A DNA stretch of 64,000 nucleotides from an uncultured Phycisphaerales bacterium (GTDB lineage Bacteria; Planctomycetota; Phycisphaerae; Sedimentisphaerales; Anaerobacaceae), in NCBI GenBank assembly GCA_963772725.1, contig CAVYYI010000001.1, positions 928,001-992,000 of the forward strand, in the 5' to 3' direction. Positions within the stretch are counted from its first letter, which is position 1; the number at the start of each line of letters is the position of its first letter. Shown here piece by piece: positions 52,782 through 62,965 of the stretch. The notes beneath the pieces were generated by a model. That model searched no databases. It saw only the letters and a program-made list of their open reading frames with translations, and had not been told where the DNA came from. A program made the position numbers and the translations under genes.

Positions 52782-53501
52782 TCAGGTGATACGCGGCGTT
52801 TCCAGGCCATGCTCTGTCATTAGTTTTGTATCGCTCATTATCTCGCGCGTATTGCCATCCGCAATGACCCTGCCTTTATCAATCAGAACCGCCCTATCGG
52901 CAATGGCAAAGGCAAAATTCATATTGCAGGTAGCAATTACCAAAGTCTGAGACAGACCGGAAAGAAGTTTTATAATGTTGCTACGATTTCGCGGGTCGAG
53001 ACTGCCATCCGGCTCATCGAATGTGATAATCTGCGGCGACATCGCAAGGACGGTGGCTATCGCTGCGGCCCGTTTCTGACCGGCGGACAAATGATGCGGG
53101 GCTTTATCCGCCATACTATCCAAACCCACGATTTCCAGAGTCTCTGTCACACGGTTTTTTACTTCATCGGGTTCAAGGCCAAGATTAAGAGGGCCAAACG
53201 CGACGTCGTCAAACAAAGTGGGCATAAACAACTGGTCGTCTGGATTTTCAAAACAGCAGCCAATCATTGCCCTGATTTTTCTCATATTGGCACTATTTAC
53301 GACCAAACCGTTAATAAGAACTTTTCCCTGGCCGGTTATAAAGCCGCCGATGGCAAGAAGCAGCGTTGATTTGCCCGCGCCATTCGGTCCTATCAGGGCA
53401 ACTCTTTGACCATGCTCAATATTGAGGTTTATATCTGTCAAAGCGGTCGTTCCATCGCTGTAATGATATGAAAACATGTCTATTTCTATCGATTCTGGCA
53501 T
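52782..53501 (-). CDS. cbiO: ECF Co/Ni transporter ATPase
   Basis: GPNGAGKST, NPDDQLF, DVAFGP, LSAGQK, DEP. Confidence 0.9.
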   Translation of the reverse strand: MPESIEIDMFSYHYSDGTTALTDINLNIEHGQRVALIGPNGAGKSTLLLAIGGFITGQGKVLINGLVVNSANMRKIRAMIGCCFENPDDQLFMPTLFDDVAFGPLNLGLEPDEVKNRVTETLEIVGLDSMADKAPHHLSAGQKRAAAIATVLAMSPQIITFDEPDGSLDPRNRSNIIKLLSGLSQTLVIATCNMNFAFAIADRAVLIDKGRVIADGNTREIMSDTKLMTEHGLETPRIT

Positions 53502-53510
53502 TAAATTCCT

Positions 53511-54287
53511 CTAAGATAAAATTGGCGTTACAATAAAATACAGCACAAGTATAAATATAGCGGCAACAAAAGCAAAGATGTAATCCGCTGGGTAAATTTT
53601 GAGTCTTGAGAGGGTACGCCATTTCCCGTTAAAACCGCGTCCCTCCATTGCGATATTTATCTTCTCGGCGGTATCAATGCTACGTATGAGCAATGAGCCG
53701 AGCATAGATGAGGCTATTTTTAGTTCGGTTTTAAATCCGAGATTTCGTAATTTTCGAGCGTGCCTGGCACGGAGGATATGATGAGCGCTATCGATAAGAA
53801 CGAAGATGTATCTGTACAGAAAGCCCAGTTGAACAGTCAGCAGTTTCGGCATGCCGAGTTTTTGCAGTCCGGCCAGCAAATCGCTGAATTTTGTCGTAGA
53901 TACCAGAGCTATCAGGGCAAGCATAGTAACAGTGAATTTTCCGAGAATGGCAAAACAACGGAGCCAACCCCTTGAAATATCCCACACGAAAGGCCCGAAC
54001 GTGGCCTGAATCATTAACCTGTCGTATAATGGACAGCTTAACGCCAGGACAAAAACAAAAGGGCTAATTATTAATATGTGTCTGAAAGCGAACTTTAGGG
54101 GTATCCCCCCTATCGTGAGAATAGCAAAAGGCCCAATCGCATAACAGAACAGAATGCTGACCGAGGTAACAGGCAAAGAAATTACCATTACCGTGAAAAT
54201 AAAGACTGCTATCAGCTTGACGCGGCTATCGAGCTGATGTACGGGTGAATTCTGATATGCGAATTTATCTATGTAGGCGTGATGCAT
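53511..54287 (-). CDS. cbiQ: ECF Co/Ni transporter T component
   Basis: SPVHQLDSRVK, YRYIFVL, ARH..AR, AMEGRGF. Confidence 0.9.
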   Translation of the reverse strand: MHHAYIDKFAYQNSPVHQLDSRVKLIAVFIFTVMVISLPVTSVSILFCYAIGPFAILTIGGIPLKFAFRHILIISPFVFVLALSCPLYDRLMIQATFGPFVWDISRGWLRCFAILGKFTVTMLALIALVSTTKFSDLLAGLQKLGMPKLLTVQLGFLYRYIFVLIDSAHHILRARHARKLRNLGFKTELKIASSMLGSLLIRSIDTAEKINIAMEGRGFNGKWRTLSRLKIYPADYIFAFVAAIFILVLYFIVTPILS

Positions 54288-55323
54288 TTTTTATTCCCGT
54301 TATCTGTAAATTTTTTTCGGAGCATTATCGCCGCAAGCCAGATTATTAGCATAGTAATAACAGAACCTACGACTCCTGCAAAACTTGTCCAGCCTTTTGA
54401 GACTTCGAGAGCAGAATCTCCGGTTTGGCCTAAAACTGAGTTTCTGCGAGAGTAATCAGGCAGTAGCGAATATTTCGACTGGAATTTGTCAACCGAAGAA
54501 ATCGCTGGATTCTCGTTTGAGACGAACGGTTTGAAATTTGGCCGTTCAGGTCTTTCGGCGTAACTCCATTCAAGGCCGTCGGGATTATTTGAAGCAAGCA
54601 GGGAAAGCCCGGCGGCAGTAATAACTGTAAAAACAGCAAAAGTTACAAGAACGGCTTTTTTGCTCAGCCTGATTTTCCCGGCATAGAATTAACGGTGATA
54701 TCAGGCCTGACCTGCTGGATGTATCCGATGACAGCGACTGTAATTATGCCCTCAACAAAGCCCACGAGCAAATGAACACCAATCATCGTGATAAGAAAAG
54801 TATAAAAAGGCACGACCAATATGCCGGAAAGCCAGACTTCCAGCGGCACAAGAATAGCGCCGGCTTCAATGGCAATCACAGAGGCAATGACGGAGCCAAT
54901 GTATATTCTTGTAACGCTGGGGGCGCCATTGGTTATAATCTTGTATAATGAATAACCGAGATAACTGGGAACAATCGCGATATTGATGATATTGCAGCCC
55001 AGAGCGAGCAGGCCGCCGTCCTGAAAAATTAGACATTGGACAATTACAACGGACGCCATAACAATCGCGGCGAGGTGAGGGCCAATAATAATCGACAGCA
55101 ATACTGCCCCAATCATGTGTCCGCTTGTGCCTGGCATAGCGGGCAGTTGAAAGTTCATCATCTGGCCGGCAAAAACAAACGCCCCGAGAATCCCCATAAG
55201 AGCGAACTTATCCGAGGTGATAATTTGTTTGGCTTTTCTGCAGATGAGAGATACGCCGCCTGCGGCTATCGCGATTGTGCCGATTGACACGGGAATTGAA
55301 AGCAGTTCATTTGCCATATGCAT
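54269..55323 (-). CDS. cbiM: CbiM/NikM S component fused to PDGLE domain; -1 frameshift in A-run near 54675
   Basis: MHM N-terminus, GTSGH, QCLIFQDGG; adding one A continues the frame through NNPDGLEWS to a stop at 54269. Confidence 0.87.
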
Positions 55324-55489
55324 AATAGTTTGTTCTCTTCCTTAGAGCCTATACGAATAATCCAATCTATGCGCATAAAAATAATTTATTTTTGCTACCA
55401 AGTCAACAAGAAAATGTTTGACAAAAACGATAATATTTTTTACACAGGCTAAATAATATCGAATATTTAATAATGCAAGGAGACGTCCA

Positions 55490-55816
55490 GTGCCAGAAAA
55501 AGTTATTATAGTTGAGCTGAATAATCAGCCTGAATATCAAAGACTCCTGCCTGGCGTGCCAGAAACGCTTGGTATGCGTGCGGGTCGCGTATATCTCAAA
55601 CCCGGTGAGGCCTGTGGGGTGCATTCAACAAAAGCCCAGGAGGAAATGCTTATTTTTCTTTCAGGAAACGGCGAGGCACTCATCGGTGAAAAAGAACAGG
55701 TTCTTAAAGTAGGTCAGGGGAAAATCGCCTATATTCCGCCGCAGACGCTTCACAACATTAAGAACACCGGCCAAAAACCTCTTACCTATATTTATTGCGT
55801 AAGACCGGTAGAATAG
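55490..55816 (+). CDS. Cupin domain protein
   Basis: HST...EE...LSG.G, YIPP..LH...NTG. Confidence 0.85.
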   Translation: MPEKVIIVELNNQPEYQRLLPGVPETLGMRAGRVYLKPGEACGVHSTKAQEEMLIFLSGNGEALIGEKEQVLKVGQGKIAYIPPQTLHNIKNTGQKPLTYIYCVRPVE

Positions 55817-55908
55817 AATTTTTGAAGATAGGGCAAGATTGGGCTTGACTTTGACACAATTTTGCTTAATCTTAATATTTTCTTGCTATTAAGCACGGAG
55901 GCAAGCAA

Positions 55909-57220
55909 TTGAAAAATATTAAGTTATCAGGAAAATTTGTATTTGAGCCGCCAAAGACCAATCCGGTCGGAAGCTCGCTCTATAATGAACACCTCAAACT
56001 TGTCGAAAAATCCCGATTAGCTGATTTCGCGGGCTATCTGATGCCATTATGGTATTCATCCATCAGCGAGGAACATCAGGCGGTTCGCCAAAAGACCGGA
56101 CTTTTTGACTGTACTCACATGGGCGTTCTGGAAATCGCTGGGGCAGATGCCGCCAATTTTCTAAACCTTATCGCGACAAATGACGTAAACCTGCTAAAAG
56201 ATGGAATGGCCCAGTATTCATATATTCTCGACGCCGATGGAAACGTGCTGGACGACATAATAATATATCGCCGAAGCGAAAAGAAATTTATGGTGGTGGT
56301 CAACGCGGCGAATGAACCTAAGATTAAAGCATATCTAAACGCTTTGCAGGCAGGACTTGTCTTACTGGATATCGCCAATCCCGCACAAAGCCTGAAATAC
56401 AAGCCCGCACAAAGCCTGAAATACAAGCCCGCAATGCGCGATATGAGAGATACAGCCTCCGGCGACGACTGCAGAGTTGATATCGCTTTGCAGGGGCCGG
56501 TGTCAACAGAAGTATTGTCGGCGCTGGTCAAAGATAATAATACCAAAAAGCAGATTGAAAATCTGAAGTCTTTTCATTTTATTGAAGCGGATATTGCCGG
56601 GGTCAACTGCATTATCAGCAGGACTGGCTATACGGGAGCGGTAACCAGTTATGAGTTATTCGTTCATCCTGCAAAAGCGACTACACTTTGGAATATACTT
56701 CTTGAAAAAGGCAAAGCTTTAGGCTTAATCCCCTGCGGACTCGGCGCACAGAGACAGTCTCCGAGTTGAGGCGGGCCTGCCGCTTTATGGTCACGAACTG
56801 GATGGCGAATTTAACATAACTCCCTTTGAGGCAGGTTACGGCTGGGCGGTTAAACTGGAGAAAGAATTCTTCATAGGTAAAGCCGCTATGGAGAAAAACG
56901 CGGCATCTTATGATATGCACGTTGTCAGGATTGAGCTGCCGGGCGAAAAAGGTGTAAGGCCTGTGCGGCAAAAAGACGCTGTGCTGAAAAATGATACATG
57001 TATCGGCTGGATTTTGAGCTGCGCCAAAGCAGGCGAAAAACAATATGCCCTTGCTTATGTCGCTAAAGATGCCATAAATGAAGGTAATGGCGCGGGGATA
57101 TATTACCTTGCCAGAAGTGAAAGCCAGATTAAACAGGGCAAAAAGCAATCTGTTGAAAAAGGGGAACAAGTACCGGCTGATATTAAGGGTAAAGTTGTAA
57201 CGCGATTTGCGAAATTTTAA
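55909..57220 (+). CDS. gcvT: Glycine cleavage T protein; +1 frameshift near 56748
   Basis: [43 protein letters not shown] split across frames. Confidence 0.92.
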
Positions 57221-57232
57221 GAGGATATAATT

Positions 57233-57613
57233 ATGGTAGCGAAAGAATTACTTTACACTAAAGAGCACGAATGGGTAAAAATCGACGGCAGCACCGCGAC
57301 GGTAGGCATAACTGACTATGCGCAGGAAATGCTGGGCGAAATCGTTTTTGCGGAACTGCCAGCTGTGGGTAAAGAGATAAATCAGAAAGGCGAACTTGGA
57401 GTAGTTGAAAGCTCAAAGTCCGCAAGCGATGTTTATTCGCCGGTTACAGGCAAAGTAATGGAGGTGAACTCGGAATTGCAGAGCAAGCCTGAAATAATAA
57501 ACGATGACTGCTACGGAAAGGGGTGGATGTGCAAACTGCAAATCACGGATAAAGCATCCATAAAAAATCTGATGGATGCGGCTCAGTACGAAGAATACCT
57601 GAAAGGACTTTAA
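57233..57613 (+). CDS. gcvH: Glycine cleavage H protein
   Basis: YTKEHEWV, GITDYAQ, VESSKSASDVYSPV. Confidence 0.96.
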   Translation: MVAKELLYTKEHEWVKIDGSTATVGITDYAQEMLGEIVFAELPAVGKEINQKGELGVVESSKSASDVYSPVTGKVMEVNSELQSKPEIINDDCYGKGWMCKLQITDKASIKNLMDAAQYEEYLKGL

Positions 57614-57615
57614 AA

Positions 57616-58945
57616 ATGCCTTTTATATCAAACACGCCTGAGCAACAAAAACAGATGCTTTCTGAAATTGGTCTGACGATGGATGGCCTTTTTGCTGATA
57701 TTCCTGCCGAACTGAAAAAGACATCTTTCAATCTGCCTAAAGGCTTGACCGAACAGCAGGTGCGAAATGTTCTGGCGGAACTTGCCGATAAGAATTCCAT
57801 AAACCTTACGTGCTTTCTCGGAGGCGGTTTTTACGACCATTTCATTCCGGCGGCGGTGTATTCAATTATCTCACGCAGCGAATTTTACACGGCTTATACA
57901 CCCTATCAACCGGAACTTTCACAGGGAACATTGCAGGCTATTTATGAATATCAGTCAGCAATTTGCCGACTGACTGGATTGCAAGCATCGAACGCATCCC
58001 TTTACGATGGCGGGACGGCGATATATGAAGCAATAATGATGGCGATGCGAATCACGGGCAGAAACAAGGTAATTATTGACGACAGCGTTAATCCAATTTA
58101 TCGCGTGATGGTAAATTCTTATACGCGAAATCTCAGAATCGACCTTGAAGAAACCCACAGTACGGACGGACTGGCAAACCGGGAGGAAATACTCGCGAAA
58201 ATAGACAGCGGCACCGCTGGGGTAATTCTGCAGAATCCGAACTTTTTCGGCTGTATCGACGATTTCTCTGATATCGCAAAAGCCGCCCATGAAAAAGGGG
58301 CATTATTGATTGTCTCGTGTTATCCGATATCGCTTGGAATACTTAAACCGCCTGGCGAAATGGGTGCGGATATCGTAATCGGCGAAGGGCAAAGCCTCGG
58401 TATGCCGATGTCGTTCGGCGGCCCGTATCTTGGCTTTATGGCGGCAAAAATGGAATATGTGCGGAAAATGCCCGGCAGAATCGTCGGCAAAACAAAAGAT
58501 AAATCCGACAGGGATGCCTATGTCCTCACACTCCAGGCACGCGAGCAGCATATAAGGAGAGATAAAGCCACTTCGAATATCTGCTCAAATGAGGCCTTGT
58601 GCGCTTTGACCGCACTTGTCTATTTGTCGCTGATGGGTAAAGAAGGCTTGCAGGAGACCGCACAGCTATGTGCCGACAAGGCGAGTTATGCATATCAGAG
58701 ACTGACGGCCATTCCGAATGTAAAACCGCATTTCAAAGCCAAATGGTTTTTCAATGAGTTTGTTCTGGACCTGCCCTGCGAGGCGGCAGATGTAATCGCC
58801 AAACTGATTGAAAGAGGTTTCGCCGCAGGATTCCCGCTGAGCAGGTATTATAAGGCAATGGAAAATTCGATATTGATTTGCGTTACCGAAAAAGAGCAAG
58901 CAGCAGATAGGAATGCTCGCTGAGGCTCTGGAGAGCGTTTTATGA
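57616..58945 (+). CDS. gcvPA: Glycine dehydrogenase subunit 1; frameshift near 58893
   Basis: YTPYQPELSQG, NASLYDG, FGGP, REQHIRRDKATSNIC; corrected tail ends at an ATGA overlap with gcvPB. Confidence 0.93.
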
Positions 58946-60389
58946 AATTGATTTTTGAAAAGAGCGTAAAAGGCCGCAAGGCTGTCGATATAAGCCCGAG
59001 CGATGTGCCCAACTCGATAAATATCCGCAACGACCTGCTCAGGCAAAAACCTGCGGATTTGCCGGAATTAAGTGAACTCGATGTTGTCAGGCATTTCACA
59101 GAGCTTTCACGTAGAAATTTCGGAGTCGATACGAACTTCTATCCGCTTGGCTCCTGCACAATGAAATATAATCCGAAGGTCTCCGAGCGTATAGCATCGT
59201 ATCCCGGTTTTACGCATCTCCATCCGCTTCTGCCGCAACTGCGAATGGGCGGAATGCTCACGCAAGGCGCCTGCAGGTCCTTTACGACACGGATATGATG
59301 CTTCGCGAAATAACCGGGATGGCTGGTTTTACAATGCAGCCTATGGCAGGAGCTCACGGTGAGCTTACAGGCCTGATGATTATGGCCGCTTACCACCGCG
59401 ACAAAGGCAATAAAAAAACGACCGTCCTCATACCGGACAATGCTCACGGAACAAATCCGGCGAGCGCCGCGATAGCGGGGTATAAAACCGTTACAATACC
59501 CAGCGATAAAAACGGTATTATGGATGTCAACTCGCTTGCCGCCGCGGTCAATGACAGCGTTGCCGGCATAATGCTCACCTGCCCCAATACACTTGGGTTG
59601 TTCGAGAAGAACATAAAAAAAATCTGCGATATTATTCACAGTGTCGATGGCCTTGCATATTACGATGGCGCGAATCTCAATGCTATTATCGGTAAAGCCC
59701 GCCCCGGCGACTTCGGCTTTGATATCGTCCATCTCAATCTGCATAAAACTTTCGCGACTCCGCACGGAGGCGGCGGACCGGGAGCCGGCCCTGTTGGTGT
59801 TGAAAAACAGCTGCTCGAATATCTGCCTATCGCCATCGTCATTAAAAGAAATGATGGCACCTATGCGCTCGAATATGACAGACCAAAATCTATCGGCTAT
59901 ATAGCTCCTTTTTATGGAAATTTCGCCGTCATTCTTCGCGCCTATGTTTATATGCTGATGGTTGGCGGCGACGGTCTTTCGCGAATCGCCGAAAACGCCG
60001 TGCTTAATGCCAATTACGTTAAGGAAAAGTTGAAGCTTTTTTACGATATAGCCTTTGATACAATCTGTAAACACGAGTGCGTCTTCAGCGCGTCAAAACA
60101 ACTCGAAAAAAATGGCGTCCACGCCATAGATATAGCCAAAGCCCTCATTGACCGCGGCTACCACCCCCCTACCGTCTATTTTCCAAACATAGTCAAAGAA
60201 GCGATAATGGTTGAACCCACCGAAACCGAGAGCAAAGAGACTCTCGACGGCTTTATTGACGCGATGATAGACATCGCCCGTATGACAGATGCTGCCCCGG
60301 AAAAAGTCAAGGCCTCGCCGACAACCACGCCCGTATGCCGGCCGGATGAGACGCTCGCGGTTAAAAATCTTAATATCGCCTGTTTATAA
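58942..60389 (+). CDS. gcvPB: Glycine dehydrogenase subunit 2; -1 frameshift near 59270
   Basis: YPLGSCTMKYNP, AHGTNPASA, NLHKTFATPHGGGGPG, EPTETE. Confidence 0.93.
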
Positions 60390-60401
60390 GTCTTTAGACT
60401 T

Positions 60402-60761
60402 ATCAAGCCTGACATGAGACATATCACACCTGCTAAGCCTCATTTCATATTTGCTCCGTCATATTTCACACTTGAAAAATGGTTTTTCAGGCTTGCTCCG
60501 TGACATTTCATGCTTGATATTCCATATTTCATGCTTGCTCCGTGATATATCAAGCTTGCTCTTTGATTTTTCACACTTGATATGTGACATTTCATGCTTA
60601 CTCCGTCACATTTCACACTTGAAATGCGATGTTTCATGTGTGATATTTCAAATTTCATGCTTGATATTTGACATATCACACTTGATATGCGACGTTTCAC
60701 TTTCGACATATCGGACGATAAGCGGGAAAAACAGCGTTTTCAGTGTTAAAAAGGCGGTTGC
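60402..60761 (+). repeat. 21-bp-period degenerate tandem array, copy 3 (~15 units)
   Basis: Units every 21 nt from 60402 to 60696, consensus approximately WTCAYRCTTGMTMYGTGAYAT; terminal motif at 60720-60761. Confidence 0.9.
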
Positions 60762-60767
60762 CTTTTC

Positions 60768-61215
60768 CGTCGTGCGTCGTTCGTGAAGCGTGAAGCGTCA
60801 AATGGCGCAATACGCAATACTCATGACGCAATACGCAATACGCACAACGCAATACACACAACGCACGACGAACTAAAGGCCGATAAATTTTGACTAACGA
60901 CCAGCGACTAACTACTAACGACTTTCTTTAATCGCTGATTTCGCTGATACCGCTGATTTTTTTGGTTTTATTCTGATTTCTGGGTTCTGTATTCTGAGTT
61001 CTGTTTTTTAGCCACTGTTTTTGCCTGTCTTTGGCGTTCTTGACAAACCCTGCTTATTTAAGCGAGCTTAAACGCAGGATTCGTCTTCGTCCGCCGTGCG
61101 GTATAAAGACAAGCCGCACTTTTTAAAGTCATGCAAAAAACACAGGAAATTTCGTCTTGCGTCGTGAGTCCTGCGTCTTGAGTCTTTTTTATACGCTGCA
61201 CGCTGAACGCTAAGT
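60768..61215. repeat. Mosaic of degenerate 7-9-bp repeat tracts
   Basis: CGCAATA x many, GACTAAC x4, CGCTGATTT x3, TTCTGNN x5, GCGTCTT x3, CGCTGAA x3. Confidence 0.8.
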
Positions 61216-61216
61216 G

Positions 61217-62242
61217 CTATTTTTTATGAAAAAAGCCGATGCAGGCGATTTCGATATGTCGGCCGTCTTTGAGGTTAAGTATTACCGTATCCCTGAAACT
61301 GTTCCCTGTCTTAGCGGGTGGGTTTACCGTTGCGTTAAACCGATAACATTTATTTGATTTTTGCGGTTCGCTAATTTTGACAAAGCCGTTAAGGGATTTG
61401 GCTGAATCTATTTCAAAAGACTCATCGTAGTTGCCCGATACCTCGAATGTACGCTCTATCGATTTACCGGGTGTTACGTTTACTAACGTCAGCGATGCGG
61501 GAGTAACCTTAAATTCAGGCAGCGCCTCATAAAGAATAGTTATTTTTTCGCAGTCGGGATGGGTCAGCATAATGGTTATTTCACCGCTTAGGTTCTTTCT
61601 GAGCAGCTCCGTATCGACAACAGGCTTAAGTATAAACTGTGTCTCCTTTTTTGAGGAATCAGTACCTGAAAGAATGGCACCGCCGGTCGATGTGAAACTT
61701 TGGACGGTAAAGGGACGTTCATCAGAGCTAACCAGAATAATATCAGGACAGCCCGCGTTCTTTTCATTTAATGACAGGCGGATATGCCGAGGCTCATAAT
61801 AGACTTTATCCTCAACAACAGCCTTAATAGTCAGCGTAACTTTGGGATTGCCTGCGTCGTTGGTCGTTACGGATAAAGGTTCACTGATTGCCCCGAGCCG
61901 CTGGCCTGAGTTATATGGAATCTCAAGCGTTCCGCTTTGACCTGCCGTATAAGACTGCTGAAAAACAATATGTCTGCCGCAGCCCCGCCCTTTTGTTACG
62001 GTTATATTGAGAATATCATTTCCGGTATTTTTAAATCTAAATGCGCAGCTATGCATTGTCCGCGGCCCGATATTGCCGAGATTGCAATCCGTCGATTCAA
62101 ATTGAATCTTCGCTCCGCTGTTCAATACTTCTGTATTCTGTGTTCCGAGTTCTGTTTTCTGTATTTGCGAAACTTCTGTCTCTTTGTGGCAACCGGTAAT
62201 AAATAACCCTAATATTGCCATGCAAATAATGCTATCTCTCAT
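61217..62242 (-). CDS. DUF1573/Ig-like domain lipoprotein
   Basis: Lipobox FITGC, F.FKNTG..IL.I, V.TND..P...LTI. Confidence 0.7.
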   Translation of the reverse strand: MRDSIICMAILGLFITGCHKETEVSQIQKTELGTQNTEVLNSGAKIQFESTDCNLGNIGPRTMHSCAFRFKNTGNDILNITVTKGRGCGRHIVFQQSYTAGQSGTLEIPYNSGQRLGAISEPLSVTTNDAGNPKVTLTIKAVVEDKVYYEPRHIRLSLNEKNAGCPDIILVSSDERPFTVQSFTSTGGAILSGTDSSKKETQFILKPVVDTELLRKNLSGEITIMLTHPDCEKITILYEALPEFKVTPASLTLVNVTPGKSIERTFEVSGNYDESFEIDSAKSLNGFVKISEPQKSNKCYRFNATVNPPAKTGNSFRDTVILNLKDGRHIEIACIGFFHKK

Positions 62243-62302
62243 ATGCCAATCCCTTCATTTTTCAATTTATTGGGAGTGCTACAATAATATTTATTGCCTT
62301 CT

Positions 62303-62947
62303 CTATTTTGTTTTGGTTTTATTTTTATCATAGTATTTATATATTTTATTGTATAATAGATATATGAATATAAGTAATGCAAACATTAATATGCTTGAAA
62401 ATGGTTCAAAAGTTGGAAATGAAATAATAATAAAAAACGAAATCACCCCCCATAACAAAGCGGCTACAAATCCAAAATATTGTTTAAGCATTATTTTGTT
62501 ATAGCAAATAGAAGAATCAACAAGCCCTAGCCGCCTAATTAAAAATTTAGAAAAATATGCGTAAAAATATCCGGCTATAATTACAGTTATCAGCAACACT
62601 AACATCATCCACGCATCATATTGGATATCAGAAAAAGTTAGTTTAATTTTTAAAAGCGGGGCTAATATCAATGAACATAACATTAATGTTATAATGAAGC
62701 TTATGCGATTAATAATAATTGCAGAGATATTCACCCAAGCTTTAATTGAAAGATAAATACCATATGCGCCTATAAATGTAATAAGTAAAATGCTTAGAAT
62801 TATAATTGGGTTAAAATGCTTTTTATTACATATAACTTCCCAAAATAATTTTATTGTTAAGAAAATTAAAAATATACCTATAAACAAAGATAATAGTGAA
62901 AGCGTCCTTTGTATAACTAGTTTATTCCTAATATCAATAAATTTCAT
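62303..62947 (-). CDS. Multi-TM membrane protein, candidate RHS immunity protein
   Basis: Very AT-rich, about 6 hydrophobic segments, starts 18 nt after the RHS stop. Confidence 0.6.
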   Translation of the reverse strand: MKFIDIRNKLVIQRTLSLLSLFIGIFLIFLTIKLFWEVICNKKHFNPIIILSILLITFIGAYGIYLSIKAWVNISAIIINRISFIITLMLCSLILAPLLKIKLTFSDIQYDAWMMLVLLITVIIAGYFYAYFSKFLIRRLGLVDSSICYNKIMLKQYFGFVAALLWGVISFFIIISFPTFEPFSSILMFALLIFIYLLYNKIYKYYDKNKTKTK

Positions 62948-62965
62948 ATTTCTTACCTTTAAGGT

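Noticed and set aside
55324..55908. Cobalamin riboswitch before cbiM or glycine riboswitch before gcvT
   Set aside because: The leaders are short and AT-rich with no recognisable conserved cores.
54664..56769. Programmed frameshifting or TGA recoding in cbiM and gcvT
   Set aside because: The downstream homology lies in another frame, no common slippery motif is present, and TGA is used as a normal stop elsewhere.
60402..60716. CRISPR or TIGR-type guide array
   Set aside because: The period is only 21 nt with no identical repeat plus unique spacer structure, and no cas or Nop-domain gene is in the window; the same applies to the other two arrays.
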